Below, piece after piece: positions 41,138 through 51,200 of a stretch of DNA of 64,000 nt (its first letter is position 1; each line of letters opens with the position of its first letter). The notes beneath the pieces are model-generated. The model searched no databases and was not told the DNA's origin. It saw only the letters and a program-made list of their open reading frames with translations. The translations under genes and the position numbers were made by a program. Source of the stretch: a candidate division WOR-3 bacterium (GTDB taxonomy: Bacteria > Hydrothermota > UBA3073); contig JAGMCL010000111.1 in the NCBI GenBank assembly GCA_023129165.1, positions 201 to 64,200 on the forward strand. Reading direction: 5' to 3'.

Positions 41138-41325
41138 AGTATTGTCAAAAAACTTTTGTGGATTTTCTCTTATTCCACTTTTTTTTATAATTATCAATTA
41201 TTTACTTAACTCCCCCTGATTCTTGTAGGGGTCGGATTCATCCGACCCGTTTCTTTTGCAGGTTCGATAAATCGAACCCCTACATTTTTGATTTCATATT
41301 CTTTCATATTCTATTTGACACTACC
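41138..41325 (-). mobile_element. REP-carrying MITE, copy C (no micro-element insert)
   Basis: Ends AGTATTGTCAAAAA and TATTTGACACTACC; flanks GTTTGTCTA and GTTTATCTA (9 bp, 1 mismatch); uninterrupted REP GTAGGGGTCGGATTCATCCGACCC. Confidence 0.82.
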
Positions 41326-41372
41326 GTTTATCTAATTGGAATACTTAATAATACTATCTATGATGCTAAAAT

Positions 41373-42275
41373 TTATTGGACAAATAATATACTAAGCTGG
41401 TGAGCGATGCCGAGGTCAACCATGGGAGACACCGTATAATCAAATTTCAATCTGTTTCGTACAAATCCAAGACCAACAGAGAGTCCAGCAATAGCGTCCA
41501 TGGGTACATCTGCCTTTAAGTCTTGTCCCTGTGTATTGTATCCTGCCCTGAAAACAAAATTTGATGAAAGTTCAACTTCTGCACCAAGGATGAAATTTTG
41601 TCTTCCATTAAACTGTCTATCAACATCAAGGCTAAAGATATAAGGGGGAAGAGGATTGTATTTAACACCCGCTCTTATTTTATAAGGTAGCTCTTCTCTT
41701 TTATCACTGAAGGTTGTTATCTCATAACCTATGTTATTAAGGCAGAAGGCAATATCGATCTGAGGTGTATTAGGTGGAGTATATATGATTCCTGCATCTA
41801 GTGCAGGAGCAAATGCAGAATATTGGTCTATGTTTTCATATATAAGATTTAAGGATAAACCAGCCTTCAGAGTACTAAAACTTCTTGCATATGCAAACCT
41901 TGTAGATAGAGAGATTGGAGTAAAGGTGCCTTCCAACTTACCTACTATATCCCGTCTCTCCATGCTGCCAAGATTTACATAATTAATTGCAATACCAATT
42001 ACGCCTTGAAAGTAAGGTTTTTCCCAGAGAAGAACACCTGAGTTTATCCCGGCAACGTAGAGTCGTAGGGTAGAGCTGATGGTCATGGAATTAGTATTGC
42101 ATATACCGGCAGGATTATAAAATATGCTGTATGGATCGCAGAATGCAGAAAACCCACCACCAATTGCAGTTGGTCTTGCACCGCACGGAATATTGAGAAA
42201 GTCAAATATAGTTGTGCTATTATTACAGAAAAGGATTGTAGGGGTTATAATTGCGAGGAGAAGAAACCTTTTCAT
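41373..42275 (-). CDS. PorV/PorQ family outer-membrane barrel (T9SS associated)
   Basis: FL.I..GAR..A.GG, YNPAG, D.G..Y, N.G, RAGY and DY motifs; signal peptide. Confidence 0.85.
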   Translation of the reverse strand: MKRFLLLAIITPTILFCNNSTTIFDFLNIPCGARPTAIGGGFSAFCDPYSIFYNPAGICNTNSMTISSTLRLYVAGINSGVLLWEKPYFQGVIGIAINYVNLGSMERRDIVGKLEGTFTPISLSTRFAYARSFSTLKAGLSLNLIYENIDQYSAFAPALDAGIIYTPPNTPQIDIAFCLNNIGYEITTFSDKREELPYKIRAGVKYNPLPPYIFSLDVDRQFNGRQNFILGAEVELSSNFVFRAGYNTQGQDLKADVPMDAIAGLSVGLGFVRNRLKFDYTVSPMVDLGIAHQLSILFVQ

Positions 42276-42387
42276 AGCTTTATTTTAACACAATAATAGA
42301 GAATTGTCAAGGAAAAAATAATGGGAGTATTTATAAATAGAAATGATTAAAAGATTGTATAATTAATGTTAATAACAAATAGAATAT

Positions 42388-43104
42388 TTATGGGATACCT
42401 GATTTATTAGGAAGATATTCTTCTGGATTTAATATACTGTCATTATAGTATATTTCATAATGAAGATGAGGTCCAGAGGATATACCACTTGAACCAACAA
42501 ATGCAACCACATCTCCTCTGTTTACTTTTTCACCATCCTTTACAGTGATAGATGAGTTGTGCCCGTATACGATTTTATATCCTTCCTTATTGCATATTTC
42601 TAATACACTGCCTAGTAGTGAATCAGTCCATATTGCATTTACATATCCACTTATGGTTGAAACTATTTGTGTACCAATTGGTGCTGCAATATCTATTGCC
42701 TTATGGTAGGGAGTAAATCCCTGACTTATCCACCCATGTGTAGGCCAAATTGCAGGTATATAGCCTTCCTGGTTGTTTCCCTGTGTATAGACCGGTGATG
42801 TATCTTCTATACCCAACAGTGTTAGTAATCGCTGGTTTTCATACACCAAGCGATTTAAGTCTGCTATTATCTTATCTATTGTTTCGTTTTTCTCTTTTTG
42901 AAGGAATTCTATGTTTTCTTCTAGTTTATTTGCTTTTTTAGCAAGATTGTAAATACTCACATACTTATATCCCAGGAATGCTACAACTCCAATAATAACA
43001 AAAAGGAGGACTAAAAGAAGTATAGCCACACCTTTGGGAATAACTATCCTTTTTACATCTCCTTCCTCGTCAGGGATGAACATAAGTGATATCTTTTTTG
43101 CCAT
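42388..43104 (-). CDS. M23 family peptidoglycan peptidase with TM helix and coiled coil
   Basis: HKAIDIA, YGH and SSGPHLHYEI. Confidence 0.92.
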   Translation of the reverse strand: MAKKISLMFIPDEEGDVKRIVIPKGVAILLLVLLFVIIGVVAFLGYKYVSIYNLAKKANKLEENIEFLQKEKNETIDKIIADLNRLVYENQRLLTLLGIEDTSPVYTQGNNQEGYIPAIWPTHGWISQGFTPYHKAIDIAAPIGTQIVSTISGYVNAIWTDSLLGSVLEICNKEGYKIVYGHNSSITVKDGEKVNRGDVVAFVGSSGISSGPHLHYEIYYNDSILNPEEYLPNKSGIP

Positions 43105-43232
43105 ATTCGTATAATGTTGAGTTTTTCAGGTTTAAATAAAGAGGCAATATTATTATTTGATAATTATACACTAAAGCAATAAAATTGTCAAGGAAAAAAT
43201 GAGGTTTGGGTTCATATATGTGAGAATTTTCC

Positions 43233-43261
43233 TTGACAACTCGGTAGATTTGGATTATAAT
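43233..43261 (+). promoter_or_regulatory. Sigma70 promoter reading through MITE copy A
   Basis: TTGACA-17-TATAAT 20 nt left of the MITE end. Confidence 0.55.
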
Positions 43262-43281
43262 GTTATATAAGTTTTATTTTT

Positions 43282-43659
43282 GATACTGTGAAAAATAATA
43301 TGAAAGAATATGAAAGCTAAAATGTAGGGGTTCGATTTATCGAACCCGCAAATAAACCCCCTTCTGAAAGGAATTATTATGAGCATGTAATCAGGAATGA
43401 GAAAGCCTTACATAATATTCATAGGTATATAGAGGACAATACGTTAGTAGAGAGAATAAGATTTGAAGAATTCTATAGAAACGGGTCGGATACCCGTCGG
43501 GCAGGAATCCGACCCCTACAAAAATCAGGGTTGGATGAATCCGACCCCTACAAGAATTAGGGAGAGGAAAGAAAAAAATTGATAATTACTTTAAAAACTA
43601 TAGGTTATTCGTTAGCTAACGAATTACGATAAATTAGATAAGATATTTTTCACACTACC
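43282..43659 (+). mobile_element. REP-carrying MITE, copy A (longest; retains RAYT 3' end)
   Basis: Ends GATACTGTGAAAAATA and TATTTTTCACACTACC; flanks TTATTTTT and GTATTTTT (8 bp, 1 mismatch). Confidence 0.85.
43366..43560 (+). pseudogene. C-terminal fragment of a REP-associated tyrosine transposase
   Basis: Translates ERNYYEHVIRNEKALHNIHRYIEDNTLVE, matching the RAYT motif (W)QRNYYEHIIR....YI..NP; no start codon or HUH motif. Confidence 0.82.
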
Positions 43660-43676
43660 GTATTTTTCATCAGGGG

Positions 43677-45260
43677 GTGGCAATGAAGAATATATTTGTT
43701 TTTGTGCTTTTGGGAACTTTTATATTAGTTTCCTCTCTGATGTTTGCGTCGGAACTCTATGTCAGTTTTGACAACTTCTATCCCATTTTTACGTCAGAAA
43801 TCTATGTCAGTTATGAGTTGTACCCTCGTAAACCCTATCCAGAGTCTTATCCCAAGAATGATGAGATTTCCCTGAGAATTAGAGGTATAAACAAACATCT
43901 TGCAGGGATTGTATCTGATACAATAACTGATATGCTCTGGAACCCAGCAAGACTACCCTCAAAGAGTTTCATCTCTTTTCGGGTTCCAAACAGAATAGTC
44001 ACCTCGCTTCCGGGTCCCTTAAAAACGAGATTGGGAATATTATTAGAAGGAAGTTACTCTGAATCGGAGAATAAGTACAGAGAGAAAGAGCCTTCTTACT
44101 ATTATTGGGACTATCATTATACTGATTATTTAAATAGTCACAGCAGTAGTCATTCAGGCAATACATACAAGGGGGTACTCCTTGGGTCAAAGCAGGTTAA
44201 TCCTAATACCTGCATTGGATTAAGATTAGATTACTCCTTGAAGCCTAATACAAGCAGTGATGACTGGATATATAGATATACCCGTGAAAGGAACTATGAT
44301 AGCTATGAGCGGTTAGATAGTAGAGATGATATTAGAGAATACAACGGTGCAGACACTACATCTTCCTGGTCTCTTGGCATCGGCATACTCTCTTCAATCC
44401 GTAAATCAGATGTGGAAATTGTCCTTATGTACAGAAATCAAAAGGAGCTGGGTCACTTTCTTGACAGCAGGAGAGAGAATGGATATGGAGAATACATTCG
44501 CACATACGATAGCACAACATATACAGATATCCACAACTTTGAATCCGAAAGACTGGCAGAGGAATATGATTTTCTCAATCCCCAGATATGGAGTCTGGGG
44601 ATGAGATTGTCCAGGGATATAACCCCTACCTCAACATTTAGGACAATAGCTACTCTCTATAAAGGATATGGAGATGCACAGAGAGAGAGAAAAAATCTAA
44701 GGTACTATTATGAAGACCGTTATTACAGCTACTCAGATCCTGACACCTTCTATGCCCATGGTGATACATCTGAATCCTATCAGGAAGATGAGAGTGTGCT
44801 TGAGGGTGATGCAAATATTCTCGGTGGTCTTCTCGCCCTGGGGCAGGAATTTAGTGTTTCCCCCAAACTCTCTGGGGGGGTTGGAATCAGAATCTCCTAC
44901 GAGAAAAGTGAGGTTAAACTCACAGGAACAAGGGATGAGGTTTATGATACCCTGACCTCGCATTCCGCAATAGAAGAGAAGAGCATTGGAAGAAAAACCT
45001 ATGTCTATCTTCCCATGGGCATTGAATACAGACCTATACCAGAAATCGCTGTAAGATTTGGGATTAGCATCTATGGCTTTCATCATCTCCTGGAAGAGAA
45101 TACCAGCGAAGGCTACAGCAAATCAAAATATACAAACGGTCCCTATTATAACATCAGTTTTGGTGCCGGTTATAACTGGAAGAGATTTAAGTTTGATATC
45201 TATACAATGGATGTTGCAGCAATTAAGTCGTGGGAAATTGAATTATGCTACAGTTTGTGA
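43677..45260 (+). CDS. Putative outer-membrane beta-barrel protein
   Basis: Signal peptide, WNPA motif, alternating beta-strands with long Tyr/Asp-rich loops, terminal EIELCYSL. Confidence 0.75.
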   Translation: MAMKNIFVFVLLGTFILVSSLMFASELYVSFDNFYPIFTSEIYVSYELYPRKPYPESYPKNDEISLRIRGINKHLAGIVSDTITDMLWNPARLPSKSFISFRVPNRIVTSLPGPLKTRLGILLEGSYSESENKYREKEPSYYYWDYHYTDYLNSHSSSHSGNTYKGVLLGSKQVNPNTCIGLRLDYSLKPNTSSDDWIYRYTRERNYDSYERLDSRDDIREYNGADTTSSWSLGIGILSSIRKSDVEIVLMYRNQKELGHFLDSRRENGYGEYIRTYDSTTYTDIHNFESERLAEEYDFLNPQIWSLGMRLSRDITPTSTFRTIATLYKGYGDAQRERKNLRYYYEDRYYSYSDPDTFYAHGDTSESYQEDESVLEGDANILGGLLALGQEFSVSPKLSGGVGIRISYEKSEVKLTGTRDEVYDTLTSHSAIEEKSIGRKTYVYLPMGIEYRPIPEIAVRFGISIYGFHHLLEENTSEGYSKSKYTNGPYYNISFGAGYNWKRFKFDIYTMDVAAIKSWEIELCYSL

Positions 45261-45507
45261 TACTGTGAAAAATAATACGAAAGAATATGAAAGCAAAAAT
45301 GTAGGGGTTCGATTTATCGAACCCGCAAAAGAAACGGGTCTGATACCCGTCCGACGCCTGCCTGACGGTAGGCAGGGCAGACGGGAATCCAACCCCTACA
45401 AGAATTAGGGGAAGGCAAGCAAAAAATTGATAATTACTTTAAAAACTGCAAATTGTTAGTTAGCTAACGAATTATAAGAAATTAGTTAAAATATTTTTCA
45501 CATTGCC
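45259..45507 (+). mobile_element. REP-carrying MITE, copy D
   Basis: Ends GATACTGTGAAAAATA and TATTTTTCACATTGCC; nested 20-mers at 45346-45385; overlaps the stop codon of the upstream gene; no target duplication seen. Confidence 0.82.
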
Positions 45508-45530
45508 CATCACCATAAACAGGAGGTATT

Positions 45531-47714
45531 ATGAGGAGGTTATGGGTTGTACTGGCACTTGTGATAGGGGTATCTGCCTATGCCCAGCAGGAGATAACGC
45601 TTGTAGATGAGTTGTTTGAGGCGGGAGAGTTCAGGGATATTGTTATCATTGATAACTATCTCCTCACCCCAAATATCAAGGGACTGGCAATATATGATAT
45701 ATCAAATCCATCATTTCCAGTCCATATAAATACCATAAATACACCGGGGTGTGCCGAAAATCTGGTGGTGAAGGATGATTATCTCTATCTATTTGATATT
45801 GGCAATGGGATAATACTGTTTGATATAACAGACCCCTCTTCTCCATCTATCCTCGATAAATTTCATTTCTATAATGGAATGTCTCTTTATTACCCTCACC
45901 ACACAGTGGAGATTTATGGTAATATGCTCTACTACCCTGATTATGTGAATTACAATGCGTATCTTAAGGTTCTTGACATCACCAATCCTCTTAGTCCTGT
46001 TCCAAGAGATAGTATTCAAATTCCTAACTATTCCTATGACCTTCAAGTAAACTATCCGTACTGTTATATGAGCGACAACACTCAAAGCATATATATTCTT
46101 AATTTATCTGACCCTGATTCTATTTGTGTAGTAGATACCATTTCCCTTGGGGGCGTGGGCTTGGGTATGACAACAGTGGGTAACTATCTCTATGTTGGAA
46201 CTGATTATTCCTATGGTGTGGAGGTTTTTGACATCACAAATCCGGTGTCTCCTGATAGTGCTGGATACTTTCTTGACGAATGGTATCCCTACTATTCCTT
46301 TGTTGGACTGGATAGTATCCTCTATGGCTACCGCCACGGTGGCAGGCTTGCTGTATTCGACATATCGAACCCACCTGAAATAGATACCCTCGGATTGGCT
46401 CCTTTTTCATATGGTGGGGGTGGGGGTTGTATGTTCAGGGAAGACACCCTCCTTGCTATGACAGCCAGCCGTTCTACAGCCTCGGGAAATTATTATGGAA
46501 TGGGCATTATAGGAATTTCTGACCCAATTTCTCCCAATAACCTCTCTTACACCATTACCGATAAGGGACCTATTCAATTTGTAAAAACCACGGGAAATAA
46601 TTTGATTATGGCAAATCCTGGAGAGATATATTGTTACGGTATACAAAATCCCGCATCTCCATATCTTCTGTCAGATTACAATCCTTCTCCTTGCAATGTC
46701 TATAAGCTGGCAGTTGATTCAAACTATGTATATTATGTGAGCTCCTGGCATTACAGCCTGGGGGCACTCAGTCTGCTCGACCTCTCTCTTGCAGGTTCAT
46801 TTTCAACACAACAGTATCTCTTTGATATTGTTGCCTCAAACGGCTATGTCTATGGGGTGAGGGATACCGTCAGGGTATTTCAAATGATGGGTGACAGTCT
46901 TCAGCAGTTAGGGGTCTATCAAGATTGTGTAAACACGATACATCTCTTTGTTAGAGATACCCTCCTGTTTTTCTATGACTATGACTCGGCATTGTTTAAT
47001 ATATTAAATGTGTCCAACCCGTCTTCTCCGACGCTTGCAGGGGAACTTGACCCGGAGAGAAATCTCTGGTACTCTCCAATTTTCGTGGATGGTGATTATG
47101 GATATTTCCTGTATGGAGATAGCCTTCTTGTCTATCATTTTGGAAGCAACTTTTCATCAATGGATTTTGCGGGCTCTTTGTTTCTTGATAATTATGTAGA
47201 GGGTGGTGATATTGCGGTGCAGGATACATTTATGTATATCGCCGGAAATAAATATCTCACAATACTCAAAACCACAACCCCGGATTCGCCTGTTCTGGTA
47301 GACAGATATAATACATCGGGAATTCCTGAAGGGGTTGCTCCCTATGGAGATTATGTATATGTGGCTGATAACACATCTCTTGGTATATATCACTTCCAGG
47401 CTACAGGAATTGAAGAGGAGTCCGTTCGGGGTGAAGGAGTCATAAACCTTGCCGTTACACCCAATCCAGCGAGTGGATTCTTTACCATCTCGTATTCAAT
47501 TCCAGAAAAATGTAAGGTCAGGATAGGTATCTACGATATCACAGGCAGGCTCGTCAGGTCTTTCCCAATTAACCAATCAACCAATCAACTAATTAACTGT
47601 ATTACCTGGAAGGGTGAAGATGACAGGGGTAAAAAGGTCTCTCAGGGAATATACTTCTGTTTGATGGAGACGGAAGGTGCGAAGATAAGTCGTAAGATGA
47701 TTGTGATAAAGTAA
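45531..47714 (+). CDS. LVIVD-repeat beta-propeller protein with T9SS/FlgD-like CTD
   Basis: Repeated YLY....G...DISNP..P blades; CTD PNP..IYDITGR..WKG..QGIYF. Confidence 0.9.
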   Translation: MRRLWVVLALVIGVSAYAQQEITLVDELFEAGEFRDIVIIDNYLLTPNIKGLAIYDISNPSFPVHINTINTPGCAENLVVKDDYLYLFDIGNGIILFDITDPSSPSILDKFHFYNGMSLYYPHHTVEIYGNMLYYPDYVNYNAYLKVLDITNPLSPVPRDSIQIPNYSYDLQVNYPYCYMSDNTQSIYILNLSDPDSICVVDTISLGGVGLGMTTVGNYLYVGTDYSYGVEVFDITNPVSPDSAGYFLDEWYPYYSFVGLDSILYGYRHGGRLAVFDISNPPEIDTLGLAPFSYGGGGGCMFREDTLLAMTASRSTASGNYYGMGIIGISDPISPNNLSYTITDKGPIQFVKTTGNNLIMANPGEIYCYGIQNPASPYLLSDYNPSPCNVYKLAVDSNYVYYVSSWHYSLGALSLLDLSLAGSFSTQQYLFDIVASNGYVYGVRDTVRVFQMMGDSLQQLGVYQDCVNTIHLFVRDTLLFFYDYDSALFNILNVSNPSSPTLAGELDPERNLWYSPIFVDGDYGYFLYGDSLLVYHFGSNFSSMDFAGSLFLDNYVEGGDIAVQDTFMYIAGNKYLTILKTTTPDSPVLVDRYNTSGIPEGVAPYGDYVYVADNTSLGIYHFQATGIEEESVRGEGVINLAVTPNPASGFFTISYSIPEKCKVRIGIYDITGRLVRSFPINQSTNQLINCITWKGEDDRGKKVSQGIYFCLMETEGAKISRKMIVIK

Positions 47715-47929
47715 AGAGCATGACTTCGGACAACGGTAGGGACAGGGCTCGTCCCTGTCGAGTAATGGAGTGATATAGGGCAGGAGTATTGGGATATCTG
47801 GAGTGCATTAGCTTGCTAATGTAAAGGGTAGAGTGAGTTTGTTATAGATTACAGATTGTAGATATTAGATAGGGAGGTTGTTGACACCTGATTCAATTTT
47901 ACCTGATTTCTTCAGAGGGGTACTGAATC

Positions 47930-48001
47930 GTAGGGCAAGGCTTAAGCCTTGCAAAAGCAAACCTAAAGCCTGCCTGCCGGTAGGCAGGGTTTGCCCTACA
48001 T
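47930..48001 (+). repeat. GTAG REP doublet with inserted 20-mer (left member of an inverted pair)
   Basis: GTAGGGCAAGGCTTAAGCCTTGC..GCAAACCTAAAG[CCTGCCTGCCGGTAGGCAGG]GTTTGCCCTAC. Confidence 0.85.
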
Positions 48002-48114
48002 TAATAGGTTAATAAAAGCTTCATGATTGCCCTGCTTACAAACAGGTGTCAAGCAAGTCAACATTGTTACCTGTAACATAATAATTTATGTTCCTCCTGG
48101 GCTTATATGATACT

Positions 48115-48217
48115 ATTTCAATTCGTGCTTGCACGGTTAAAAACCGCGACTGCCGTCAGGCAGGCGTGCCTACATTTTAAGTAGGCCGTGTTTGTAGGCA
48201 CGAATTCAATTCGTGCT
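48115..48217. repeat. GTAGGCACG-type REPs, one with an inserted 20-mer
   Basis: GCACGGTTAAAAAC[CGCGACTGCCGTCAGGCAGG]CGTGCCTAC and GTAGGCACGAATTCAATTCGTGC. Confidence 0.75.
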
Positions 48218-48282
48218 TGCTATCAAACTTGGTCACCCTTCAGTGTGACCATTATGCAAACTTTATTGACCTGGAGGTGATT

Positions 48283-51200
48283 ATGAGGCGTTTTTGTATT
48301 TTGGCAGGATTATTCTTATGCCACGCTCTCTTATTTGCCCAGCCGGCAGATAGCCCCTGGCCTATGTATCAGCACGATGCCCAGCATACGGGAAGAGTAG
48401 ATGTGATGGGACCCGAGTCACCACATATGGACTGGATATATGAACCAACCGGAAGTGGAATTTCTATGCCCATCATAGATGAAGATTCAACCATATATTT
48501 CTATTCTACAGTAGATACACTTTTCTATGCACTTTATCCAAATGGCACGGTGAAATGGATTTATAAGTACAACGGTTCCGGTGGTATAAGTGGCGAATGT
48601 GGTGTGGTCAGTGAGGATTATATCCACTTTGTAAGAAACACATGGGAAACTAACGGTGGTAGCTACTGGTCTTATTATCATATCTTAAATAAAGACGGAA
48701 CCCTATACTGGCAAAATGACAGAGGAGGAAGCTACTGGTATTACAATAGACTTTACAGTTCACCAATTATGGGAACTGATAGAACTGTATATGTCGTGGG
48801 AGACTCAGGAACCGTCGCGGCAAAAGATGTAAAACTATATGCATTTGACGACACTTTAGTTCAGTGGACATCATTCCTGAAGCAAGCACAAAGTGGTCAT
48901 TATTATTTCTCGACACCTGCAGTGGGACCCGATGGAACAATCTATGTTGCACTGGATGACAGCATATATGCAGTCAACCCTGATGGTTCAAGAAAGTGGA
49001 GTGTAAGCCGAGGAAACTTCGCCTGGGCTGATTGGCAGAAATACGCAACGGTATCTGTGGGTAGTGATAGTTCTGTATATTTTGTGTCAAAATTTGGTGG
49101 TTATGATTCACTTACTGCAGTTGACCCATCTGGTAATGTAATGTGGAGATGGGGATGTCCGTCTTCTTTATATAATATTCGCACACCTGCTCCCTCCATT
49201 GGCTTGGGTGACACCCTCTATTTTATATATGGTAAGTATCTTATGTCGCTAACAGCAGATGGTGATAGCATCTTTACTATACCTTTCGATTGGTGGGGAA
49301 ATAATCTTGTAGTTACACAAAATATGTTGTATGTGGTGGGGAGGAATCCCGGAGCTTTATTTGCATTTACACATAGCGGTAAATTAAAATGGAGATACAA
49401 TTTTGACGCTTGGTATATAGAGGGTGTTGCAATGGGTTACGATGGAATTATCGGCATTGATGGAGACAACAGGGCCTTCTGCATAAGAGAGGGTAATTAT
49501 GCCGTTGAATTACTCCATCCAAACGGTGGTGAGAACCTGTCTACCTTACAACCTGATACCATAAGGTGGAGTTCGCAGAATGTGGATTCAATTTCCCTGT
49601 ATTACACACTTACGGGCAGCGATAATATAATTGATTATACGCCAATAGTAGAGAAGATTCCGAATACGGATGAATATATCTGGCAGCCACCTGACACATC
49701 CTGCAGCAGTGTACGGGTTGCAGTTGTTGCAACAGATTCACGAGGAAGTATTCTTGCACTTGATATGAGTGATAGCAATTTTACTATAGATAACACACAT
49801 CCTGAATCCTGGGTTGATTCACTGCCAGGATTTATAAACTCATTATCATTTGAAATTACCTGGCACGGTTATGACCCGGGCGACGGTTCGGGATTGGATT
49901 ATTTTGATGTTCAGTATAAAGACGGCGATGGTTCCTGGATTGATTGGCTAATGGAAACAACCGATACAACCAAAATATTTACAGGGCAGGAGAATCATAG
50001 GTATTATTTAAGGTGCAGGGGGGTTGATAAGAGCGGAAATGTGGAGCCATATCCTTCCTACGACACCTATACTTATATAGATATAACTCATCCCACAATT
50101 ACAGATGTAACTCCCATAGAAGATGGTCTGGCTGGTACTGAACCTGTCATTCATGCGGTGGTGGGTGACCCATCACCCGGTAGTGGGTTGGTGCTTGATT
50201 CAATCAAGGTGGTATTTGACGATACACTTGCATATCACTATCCAGGTGGAGTTACATACGATGATTACACTGGTGAAGTAGGGTTTAAGTGGTATTGTGC
50301 CCCACTTTCTTATGGTATGCACACGATGACAATAAGTGCGATGGATTTGGCAACTAACTGGTTCTCGGTAAACAGAAACTTCAATGCCTCGTGGTTTGTA
50401 GATAAGAAGTGGGAACTTGTGGGTAATATGGGCAGATTAGGAGGAGATGATACCTGCACACTTTATGATGAATCACAAACCGAGGAATATCTGTTGCAAC
50501 TTTTAATAGATGATTATGCTCCCTTTGAAAGACTATGTCTTGGTGAGGATGTGATGTTCAGGTTGGAGTGCTGGACAGGAGGGGCTGTGTGGGATTTTAT
50601 GTGGGCATTTACTGATTTGAAGATATTATCCGATGGGTGTGTTGACAATATCAGGAGACAGGTTGAGACGTGGGTGGCAGAGGATTCTGCTGCTTATGCT
50701 GATAGTATAGAGTCAGCGACCGATATGGTGGGACGCATAGTTGATGAGTACGAGGAGTTCATTGACATAGGTATCTCAATAGTGGATGAAGTTTATGGGA
50801 CTGGATTTGGTGATGTCAAGACCTATATAAGTGTAATATATGATTTAACTTCGCCCAATGATGATGAGATAATCTACCAGTTCAGACAGATGGCAACCCG
50901 TATTGTAATGAACAGTTTCCTGAGAATAACACAACCATCACTTGATGATATACTTAACAATGCGATTACGCATAATTTTACGGGTACTTATGGAGAGGCA
51001 CAGCAAGCGACCGGTGGACTTATGACACCGGACCAATATCCCGATGGTTCCGTTCTAAAAATATACAAGGATTGGTATGAAGCGGCAGACGATTCAATAT
51101 GTGATTACATATGGACAGCACAGGGATTTGAGTTTGTATCCTATCTGTTTGGAATATTTGGTGCGCCCATCGGTGGTTTTGATTTTGGAGTGATATTCCA

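Noticed and set aside
41116-41372. Lysine riboswitch upstream of the dapA-like gene
   Set aside because: The hairpins are explained by MITE copy C; no riboswitch core was recognised.
45058-45408. 116-aa ORF ending VGVRFIEPA..ESNPYKN
   Set aside because: Shadow frame running into MITE copy D; the peptide is translated REP sequence.
43282-45507. Composite transposon formed by MITE copies A and D
   Set aside because: Copy A has its own target duplication and the outer flanks do not match.
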